From contig JAWXAY010000002.1 in assembly GCA_034439715.1 (NCBI GenBank), positions 1 to 34,709 on the forward strand: DNA of 34,709 bases. Reading direction: 5' to 3'. The translations under genes and the position numbers were made by a program. The stretch is from Pseudomonadota bacterium (GTDB taxonomy: Bacteria > Bdellovibrionota > Bdellovibrionia > Bdellovibrionales > SG-bin7). How positions within the stretch are numbered: the stretch's first letter is position 1; the number at the start of each line of letters is the position of its first letter. Shown piece after piece: positions 27,677-34,709 of this stretch. A model generated the notes under the pieces. It saw only the letters and a program-made list of their open reading frames with translations, was not told where the DNA came from and did not search any database.

Positions 27677-28255
27677 AACCTGTGAACCCGCACCACACCC
27701 AATCACGGTTTTCATGGCATTTTCGACACTCACTTCAACGGGAGTTACCCGACTTGCAGGTAAGTGCATAATGAGCCCTGAGGTAGGATTGGGAGCGGTT
27801 GGAATAAAGACAGTATAGCTGCCATCAGCATGGGTAGCAGTTATAAAGGCTGTTGAAAGCACTTCGTTATCAAATGCGCGCACGAGTGCCACTCGTGAAA
27901 ACTGACTTTTGCCGCTGGAGCCAATAAACTGACTGACGGTGTCCTTGACCAGTTGATAACCCGGAAAGGCACTCAAAAAATTGACCTCGATCAAGTTGTG
28001 AACTATGGCGCCCACTCGCGTTCTAATGCTTAACCCTAACATAAAACATACGACAAATAGTATTCCGAGAGCGAGAATATCAGCGAGGGTCTCCTGCACG
28101 TGATTAGTGGCCGTGAGTATTTCCGCAATCGGACTAACGAACCCTGTGGTAGTGCGAAAGACCCAACGGAAAGCTAAAAATAAAATGGCTGCCGGAAGTA
28201 TGACTAAGAGTCCGCCGAGAAATGAAGTGATGACAAAATGTTTGATTTTTTGCAT
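27659..28255 (-). CDS. DUF502-family membrane protein
   Basis: FLGGLLVILP, two transmembrane helices, FPGYQLVK, VFIPTAPNPTSG, SVENAMK..G. Confidence 0.85.
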   Translation of the reverse strand: MQKIKHFVITSFLGGLLVILPAAILFLAFRWVFRTTTGFVSPIAEILTATNHVQETLADILALGILFVVCFMLGLSIRTRVGAIVHNLIEVNFLSAFPGYQLVKDTVSQFIGSSGKSQFSRVALVRAFDNEVLSTAFITATHADGSYTVFIPTAPNPTSGLIMHLPASRVTPVEVSVENAMKTVIGCGAGSQVLFKKK

Positions 28256-28288
28256 TTCAGAATATTTTGGCGGAACTAATCAGATCTG

Positions 28289-29413
28289 TCAAATACAGGA
28301 AGATTTGTTACTAATATCCTTCGGCCAAGAGTTCTCCATGTGTGGCCTGCCTATGAGCTTTGGCAACACATCAAGGCTGCATTTTAGCCGCTCGCTTAAC
28401 CCAGGGATATGAAGTCTTCCCACAATAGCGATTAGGGTCTTTTGCGGATAAACAATAGGCATTAGGCTAGTCAATGTTTTCGCCATATCATCACTTCTAC
28501 GCTCAATCATATAGCGGTGATAGACGGCTCCGTAACATGTCGAGTAGCCTTTGCAATTAGCGGCAACCTCTTCGCGAATATCCCGACTTCGCTCAAGATT
28601 AATGCTGACGGAGGCACCTCTGGCCTGATTGATTGCATCTCTTAATCCTACGGGCTTATTTGATACTAGGTTTTTATTAAAAAATATTTCTGATTGATCG
28701 CCATCGGACCATAGATAATAGCCGTTATTTCGCGCTCTAATGATGTTGGAGGTTCCAATTAATCCGATCTTTGCCAGTGTCATAACAAATTCGTAACCAA
28801 CACCCATCAGGTTTCTGGAGTCGAACTTACCATTGTATCCCTCGACAGCGCGTAATTTAAAGGTGTCTAAAATCTGCTGCCCAGCAAGCTCAGCCCCACT
28901 ACCCATTACGTGAGTCTCGCCAATAAGTATGAGGTTAGGTCGTCGGTTTTCTGATTTAAAAAAGACGAGATCAAAATACTTTGCTCCCTGACAAAGGGTT
29001 TTAACTTCTGAAGGTTTTAGGTTGGAATCGACAAGCTTTGCTTCACAATCAATATCTCTGTACTCGCGTTTGAAAGCGCGATAAAAATCTTCGATTTCTG
29101 ATTTATCATGAGTTTTTCGCTGGCATATTTTTAGTTGGTTTTCATAGTTTTTGGCAAAGGTGTTTTCGACCGCGGCCTTTTTATTTTCTGAGATCTTTCG
29201 TATAATATTTATATCCGCAGATTGTAATGAGATTCCAAGTGTTTCCTCGTCGAGAGAAATCTCTTGGATGGAGGCACTTTCCTTTAGGTCAAAGTAGTCT
29301 TTCATAGCGAGGCGGCACTGAAAAAGTGCTTCACGAATTTCGGGCCTTTGGTGTTCAAAACTCAACGCCATCGGATAAAAATTAAGAATAAGCAAAGAGA
29401 GCAGCCAACGCAC
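28289..29413 (-). CDS. Secreted TraB/GumN (Tiki/ChaN superfamily)-like protein
   Basis: GTG at 29413 with AGGAG RBS and a signal peptide; motifs LILIGETH, AVEG, ERRSDDMA, IAIVGRLHIPGL. Confidence 0.6.
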   Translation of the reverse strand: MRWLLSLLILNFYPMALSFEHQRPEIREALFQCRLAMKDYFDLKESASIQEISLDEETLGISLQSADINIIRKISENKKAAVENTFAKNYENQLKICQRKTHDKSEIEDFYRAFKREYRDIDCEAKLVDSNLKPSEVKTLCQGAKYFDLVFFKSENRRPNLILIGETHVMGSGAELAGQQILDTFKLRAVEGYNGKFDSRNLMGVGYEFVMTLAKIGLIGTSNIIRARNNGYYLWSDGDQSEIFFNKNLVSNKPVGLRDAINQARGASVSINLERSRDIREEVAANCKGYSTCYGAVYHRYMIERRSDDMAKTLTSLMPIVYPQKTLIAIVGRLHIPGLSERLKCSLDVLPKLIGRPHMENSWPKDISNKSSCI

Positions 29414-29454
29414 GAGCGGTTTTCTCCTAAGGAATCCCAAGCAAAGACGTATAA

Positions 29455-29470
29455 AGCAAGGATTGCGCCA
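29455..29470 (-). promoter_or_regulatory. Sigma54-type -24/-12 promoter
   Basis: Minus strand TGGCGCAATCCTTGCT, a near-consensus match. Confidence 0.7.
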
Positions 29471-29590
29471 GCTCAGGGCAATTAGAGTTGTTGTGACAGA
29501 GCAAATTAGACAAATTATGGCATGTGGGCCCGAAATGGCGCCGCCAAAATACTTTAAAACTTCTGTGTGAGAGTATATGCGCAATTGTGG

Positions 29591-29606
29591 TGGCATATAA
29601 CCTGCA
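29591..29606 (+). promoter_or_regulatory. Sigma54-type -24/-12 promoter
   Basis: TGGCATATAACCTGCA, upstream of the CAGGAG RBS and ATG at 29639. Confidence 0.6.
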
Positions 29607-29638
29607 CTAAATTTAACAACACTATTTCAGGAGTAAAT

Positions 29639-30064
29639 ATGAAGAAAGTTTTAGGAATTTTAGTCGCTACGTTGTTTTCGGTTATTACCATAGCACAGTT
29701 AGACCTACCTGGAATAGACATTGTACCTATTCCCGAGAAAGATATTGCTTATTATTGCGAATCTAAGGGTAACGCATTTTGGTTTGATAAAAAAAATCTG
29801 CAGATTTTTGTCGGCGACTCGCTTGAAAGTAATGAAGGATTTAAACTTTCAGACGTCAGTTATGAATCTATGTTTTGTACCGATTGTATTATCGCTACCG
29901 GTTCTCTTAAAGGAAATGCTCAAATATTGACTTACCAGTTTATTATTCTAGGCAAACGATATATTGAAACGCGACCTGGAAAAATTGCCGGGGAACTAAG
30001 AATGATTGACGGTCAAACTGGCAAGAGATCTGGTGAATCGTTGGATTTTCAGTGTTCAAAGTAA
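29639..30064 (+). CDS. Small secreted beta-rich protein with 4 Cys
   Basis: AGGAG RBS, MKKVLGILVATLFS signal peptide, YYCES, CTDC, C-terminal FQCSK. Confidence 0.7.
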   Translation: MKKVLGILVATLFSVITIAQLDLPGIDIVPIPEKDIAYYCESKGNAFWFDKKNLQIFVGDSLESNEGFKLSDVSYESMFCTDCIIATGSLKGNAQILTYQFIILGKRYIETRPGKIAGELRMIDGQTGKRSGESLDFQCSK

Positions 30065-30170
30065 ATTAGCTTAAATCAGTGAGCTGGTTGTGGTGAGCTG
30101 AAAAGACTAGATTTTAGTCTAGATAAAAAACTAGTTGCTGGTTGCGGGTCTCCCGACTTAAACTTATCTT

Positions 30171-31130
30171 ATGGAAAAAGTTGGGAAAAAATGGGAATCG
30201 CTGGGGCCAGGAGATCAGCTTGATATAGTTGCCCCTGGATTTCGCACCGAAAAGAAAAACCTGCAGGCGGCAGTTCAAAGAATCAAATCGTGGCCAATTT
30301 ATACTAATGTTCCTAAGAATATTTTTGGGCCTGATGTGATCTGCAGCAACAGCGATAAGATTCGGCTAAAACACCTCAAAGCGGCGCTTATAAGTAAAAG
30401 CAAAATCATTTGGTCGGTGCGTGCGGGCTACGGCTTTATCCGACTTTTAGACGGCCTCCAAAAGATACCGCCTCCCAAAAAAACAAAACTAATTGTAGGT
30501 TACAGCGATGTGACGAGTTTTTTTGGGTTTGTAATTAGAAAATGGAATTGGCCAGTATTACATGCCCCCCTATTTGAAGGTTGGGGCTTAAAAAAAACGA
30601 CACCTCGGGATGATAAGCTTCTTGAAGAAATTTTTTTCGGCAAAATCAAAGAGGTGGTTTATGGGGGGCTAATCCCCATGAATACTGCTGCCAAAAGAAA
30701 AAAGAAAATCCACTCGAAAGTATTAGGCGGCAATTTGACTGTTTTTGTATCCACGTTAAAGTTGCCTTGGCAGGTGAACACCGCGGGCGCTATCTTATTT
30801 TTTGAGGATATCGGTGAGCGGGGCTACCGGATCGATCGGTGCCTCAAACTTTTAGAACAACATGGCGTTTTAAAAAAAGTGAAGGCCATTATTTTTGGTG
30901 CATTTATTGAGGGAAGTGAGCCCGATGGCAGCGATAAGGTTTGGCCTGTAATTGGACGTTTTGCTAAGGCACAAAAGTTTCCGGTATTTTGTGGATTGAA
31001 GGCTGGGCATGGTAAAGATAAACTGCCGATACCCCTAAATACCAAGGCCACTTTGACTTGCGGTGCCCCAGGAAAAAACAGCCAGAAAAGTATGGGAAAA
31101 ATAAAAATCGACACTGGTATACAGAAATGA
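30171..31130 (+). CDS. ldcA: LD-carboxypeptidase (peptidase S66, muramoyltetrapeptide carboxypeptidase)
   Basis: VRAGYG, GYSDVT nucleophile, GGNL, FFEDIGE..YRIDR, GHG (Ser-Glu-His triad). Confidence 0.88.
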   Translation: MEKVGKKWESLGPGDQLDIVAPGFRTEKKNLQAAVQRIKSWPIYTNVPKNIFGPDVICSNSDKIRLKHLKAALISKSKIIWSVRAGYGFIRLLDGLQKIPPPKKTKLIVGYSDVTSFFGFVIRKWNWPVLHAPLFEGWGLKKTTPRDDKLLEEIFFGKIKEVVYGGLIPMNTAAKRKKKIHSKVLGGNLTVFVSTLKLPWQVNTAGAILFFEDIGERGYRIDRCLKLLEQHGVLKKVKAIIFGAFIEGSEPDGSDKVWPVIGRFAKAQKFPVFCGLKAGHGKDKLPIPLNTKATLTCGAPGKNSQKSMGKIKIDTGIQK

Positions 31131-32173
31131 AAAGTACGTCTCTGAATAAACTACTTGAAGAGGGAATCCACGGCGTAACCCCCGGGGTGTGTGTACGGGC
31201 CTATATTCAAGGACACAAGAAAATCGACGAATTGGCCGGAAAAACATATGAGTTTTACGATCTTGCTAGTCTAACTAAAATTATTTTTGCCACCGCTAAA
31301 ATTATGGAACTCTATGAAGAACGAAAGATAGATATCGACCAAACTGTAAAACAATATTTACCTTGGTATCCCCATGACAAAGTTTTTATTAAAGAACTCC
31401 TCAATCATAGCTCGGGTCAAAAGGCATGGAATCCCTATTATTCGTCGATCATCAAAGACCCCAGTAATCAAGACAAGTCGTACTCTGAAATATTGCGGCC
31501 ACTTTTACAAGGCGAGCCCTTGGGAGATAACTCCAAGTCTCTTTATTCGGATATTAATTTTATGATATTAGGATGTTTGTTAGAAAAAGTTTGCGAAAAA
31601 AACCTTGTTGAAATCTGGCATGAACTTAATCTTCAATATGGCTTAAGAGATATGAATTTTCATTGGAGAAACCGCTCAATAAATTCATCAGAAGCCTATG
31701 CGCCTAGCGAAAATTGTAAGTGGCGCAAGAAAAAAATTCAAGGGGAAGTTTTTGATGATAACGCCTGGGCACTCGGGGGAGTTTCTTCAAACGCTGGACT
31801 TTTTTCGAATATGAATGATCTCTGCGAGTGGGGGCTAAAAATTCGCGAGACATTGTTTGATGGTATTGGGTTCTGTGATATTTTTAGACAATCTACGCTA
31901 AGGCTATTTACGAGTAAATCGACGCATAAAGGGGACTGGGGGTTAGGTTTTATGAAGCCCTCTCGTCCCAAATCCAGCTGCGGGCATTTTTTTTCGGATG
32001 AGGCTTTTGGGCATACGGGATTTACTGGTACCTCTATTTGGTTTGATCCTAAGGTTGACTTATTGATCGTAATACTAAGTAATCGGACTTATCCGGATAG
32101 AGATAACTTTAGGTTTCGCGATGATTTAAGACCCCAAATACACGATTGGGTGTTTCGTACGTTAGTGAGGTAA
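31127..32173 (+). CDS. Serine hydrolase, beta-lactamase class C/AmpH-like family
   Basis: DLASLTK (SxxK), LLNHSSG, YSDINF, AGLFS, FGHTGFTG, LSNR; ATGA overlap with ldcA. Confidence 0.9.
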   Translation: MKSTSLNKLLEEGIHGVTPGVCVRAYIQGHKKIDELAGKTYEFYDLASLTKIIFATAKIMELYEERKIDIDQTVKQYLPWYPHDKVFIKELLNHSSGQKAWNPYYSSIIKDPSNQDKSYSEILRPLLQGEPLGDNSKSLYSDINFMILGCLLEKVCEKNLVEIWHELNLQYGLRDMNFHWRNRSINSSEAYAPSENCKWRKKKIQGEVFDDNAWALGGVSSNAGLFSNMNDLCEWGLKIRETLFDGIGFCDIFRQSTLRLFTSKSTHKGDWGLGFMKPSRPKSSCGHFFSDEAFGHTGFTGTSIWFDPKVDLLIVILSNRTYPDRDNFRFRDDLRPQIHDWVFRTLVR

Positions 32174-32176
32174 CAA

Positions 32177-33589
32177 ATGTTGATTGGTGCTTTAAAGAAA
32201 AACGCTCACATTCATATGATGGGCATCTGTGGTACAGCTATGGCTAGTCTGGCCGGAATATTACGTGACATGGGTTATAAGGTTTCTGGAAGTGACGAAA
32301 ATATTTATCCGCCGATGTCCACTCAGTTAAAAGAGCTCGGCATTAATATTAAGCTGGGATATAAGCCAGAGAATCTCGATCCCAAGCCAGATTTAGTGAT
32401 TGTGGGCAACGTTATTACAAAAAAGAATCCTGAGGCTATTAAACTCGAAGAGATGAAAATACCCTTTAAAAGTCTGCCGGAGATGATAGGAGAGTTAGTC
32501 ATCAATGATCGAGAAAGTTATGTGGTGGCGGGCACTCACGGTAAAACGACAGCTACAGCTCTTTTAGCCTGGTTGGCCGACAAATGTGGATATAAGCCCG
32601 GTTTTTTAATTGGCGGAATACCCAAGAATTTTCCACATTCCTTTAGAAAACCTGAGGGTACTGTTTTTGTTATAGAAGGTGATGAATACGACACTGCCTT
32701 TTTTGCCAAGGTGCCTAAGTTTATATATTATAAACCTCGTTTTGTAATATTAACGAGTGTGGAATTTGATCATGCTGACATTTACAATAGCCTTGATGAC
32801 GTCATGAAAGCATTTCAGCAATTGTTAGATAAGATTCCTAACGAGGGGTTACTTGTCTATCACGCCGATGACCAAAACATTAAAAAACTTTTGAAAACGG
32901 GCAGAGCTGTTAAAAGTATTTCTTATGGTCGGACTGAGGGCGATTACCGTTTAGGAAAAGTTGTGCAAACTGATAACTATACGGAGTTCGAGGTCCTTCA
33001 ACATGGAGTACTTGCAGATCGCATAAAGATCCCGATGTTTGGCGAATACAATCTGCTTAATGCATTGGGATGTTATGCCATGGCTAGAGAAAGAAAATGG
33101 AATTTAAAAAAGGCTGTAGAGGCAATGGCTACATTTGAAGGGGTGAAACGCCGACAAGAAGTGCTAGGAAGTCCCAATGACATTACGGTCATTGAGGATT
33201 TTGCTCATCACCCTACCGCTGTTAAGGTCACTGTAGAGGCCGTTCAGAAAAAATATCCCACTAAAAAAGTTATTTCGGTTTTTGAACCGCGCTCGGCAAC
33301 TTCGCGGAGAAAAATGTTTGAAAAAGACTATGTTGATGCTTTTAGTTCAAGCCATGAAGTCGTTTTGTCTGAGCCCTACAACCAGACTAATATTATTGAG
33401 ACCGACCGCTTATCGTCTGATCGCATTGTCGAAGCCCTTAGCGTTAAGGGTGTTAAGTCAAAAAAGTTTAGTGATGTAGATGCCATCGTGACCCACTTGA
33501 AACTGGGTGCTAAGCCCGGAGACGTAATTTTAATTATGAGTAATGGCGCTTTCGGTGGAATTTATCAAAAACTTCTAAACGTGCTTTAG
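32177..33589 (+). CDS. mpl: UDP-MurNAc:L-Ala-gamma-D-Glu-meso-DAP ligase (murein peptide ligase)
   Basis: GICGTAMASLA, GSDENIYPPMS, GTHGKTT, EGDEYDTAFF, EFDHADIY, DFAHHPTA, EPRS, MSNGAFGG. Confidence 0.93.
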   Translation: MLIGALKKNAHIHMMGICGTAMASLAGILRDMGYKVSGSDENIYPPMSTQLKELGINIKLGYKPENLDPKPDLVIVGNVITKKNPEAIKLEEMKIPFKSLPEMIGELVINDRESYVVAGTHGKTTATALLAWLADKCGYKPGFLIGGIPKNFPHSFRKPEGTVFVIEGDEYDTAFFAKVPKFIYYKPRFVILTSVEFDHADIYNSLDDVMKAFQQLLDKIPNEGLLVYHADDQNIKKLLKTGRAVKSISYGRTEGDYRLGKVVQTDNYTEFEVLQHGVLADRIKIPMFGEYNLLNALGCYAMARERKWNLKKAVEAMATFEGVKRRQEVLGSPNDITVIEDFAHHPTAVKVTVEAVQKKYPTKKVISVFEPRSATSRRKMFEKDYVDAFSSSHEVVLSEPYNQTNIIETDRLSSDRIVEALSVKGVKSKKFSDVDAIVTHLKLGAKPGDVILIMSNGAFGGIYQKLLNVL

Positions 33590-33972
33590 GTTTTTTTCTT
33601 GGCCCAAGCTTCATGGAGCTTTTTTTTTCCCGTTTCGATAGCAGCTCGCAATTCTGCTAAGCGGCTGCGGAGTTCTTTTCGTTCCGAAGGAGCTAGTGTC
33701 CCATCGGCAGACGATTGAATAACCAGAGAAATAAATTTGCCGTAGAGGGAACATTCATCATTAAAATCAGAACAGGAAATTAAGCGTACTGTTTGGGTCG
33801 AAACCGCAGCTTTATGTAATTTTTTGGCATCGGTTTCTTCAACAAATTTATTGCCCACATTCAACATTAAGCTAGTATACTCTTCGTACTTGCTTTCTGG
33901 CGGAAGGGTTTTCGGCTGTCCTGTGCAGGCACTAGTGAACAAAATCATCGTTATAAGACAAAAACTTTTCAT
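33586..33972 (-). CDS. Putative helical lipoprotein
   Basis: AAGAGGA RBS, lipobox TSA-C, 128 aa, convergent overlap with mpl. Confidence 0.7.
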   Translation of the reverse strand: MKSFCLITMILFTSACTGQPKTLPPESKYEEYTSLMLNVGNKFVEETDAKKLHKAAVSTQTVRLISCSDFNDECSLYGKFISLVIQSSADGTLAPSERKELRSRLAELRAAIETGKKKLHEAWAKKKT

Positions 33973-33987
33973 ATCTTGGTCCTCTTC

Positions 33988-34548
33988 TTACGCCGTTGAG
34001 ATATATTTTGACATATATTTTCTGGGTGTAAAAGGAATAAACCCCATAGCCTCATTAAAATTCTGGACCACATATTTTTTTACACCTTCAAAGTCTCTCT
34101 TCCATGACACTATTCGGGTAAATGGCCTCTGATCCCAGAACTTCAGGGCCTTAGCGCAACCGCGCTCAACTCCGAGAGAGATTCGGGCAATCAAACCGCT
34201 GATCGCTCGTAAAAAGCCCTTAAATAGGTCCCTATGGCTTGCGCGGACAAGTAGGTGAATATGATTTCCCACATTGGCGAATTCATAGACTTTGACGTGA
34301 AAGCGTTTCGCCTGCATGTCAATAGTCATTCGAATTTTATGAGCCAAATTCTTTTGCAGCATCGAATGCTTTCCTTTTGCAAGACTAGATCTCATCACGA
34401 TATGCATGGCCTCCTTGGTGGAAATAGGTCTTGCCGTCTTAGCATTTGAGTTTTTTAGCAGTGTTCCACCAAAATATCTTTTAAATTTAAAGGATTGATC
34501 CAACAAAAGTTGCTGATTTTTTCTACCGGATGATTTTTTTCGTTTCAT
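33988..34548 (-). mobile_element. HUH/Y1 tyrosine transposase (IS200/RAYT-like), stand-alone
   Basis: MHIVMRS strand, HUH motif GNHIHLLV, FWDQRPFTRIV, catalytic Tyr in KKYVVQN; no tnpB downstream. Confidence 0.8.
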
Positions 34549-34709
34549 TGATTACTTTTTTATAGGTCAAATGTAGCGATGTCAATATTTATTGATGATA
34601 ATGCGAGTAGCCCGAATTCAAGATATTACTGCAATAGGTTAAAGGAATTAGATAAAGGCCAGGCAACAAAGTCATGTCACACTTTTAGTTACCACACTGA
34701 AAGGAACAA

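Overview
This is a chromosomal segment that most resembles a Bdellovibrionota (predatory-bacterium) genome. That call is an inference from gene content and protein style; no database search was run. Housekeeping blocks: iscS-mnmA-mtaB (tRNA sulfur modification), rnc-era-der, purM-purN-orf-purB-purC-purS-purQ-purL-purF, and an LD-carboxypeptidase/serine hydrolase/mpl peptidoglycan-recycling cluster. Accessory genes sit between them: a 5'-partial mosaic fibre adhesin, several secreted proteins and lipoproteins, an outer-membrane beta-barrel, and a stand-alone HUH/Y1 (RAYT/IS200-like) transposase. Main observations: (1) a 370-bp element bounded by 27-bp inverted repeats (24/27 match) carrying one 89-aa gene that resembles the N-terminal domain of Bdellovibrio-type HNH proteins and whose stop codon lies inside the right repeat; (2) a secreted zinc metallopeptidase split by a 1-nt frameshift in an A10 tract; (3) a secreted protein with the motif order of carboxylate-amine (amido)ligases; (4) four sigma54-type promoters, all in front of exported orphan proteins, and a sigma28 (FliA) promoter overlapped by a perfect palindrome. 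No rRNA, tRNA or CRISPR array was seen.
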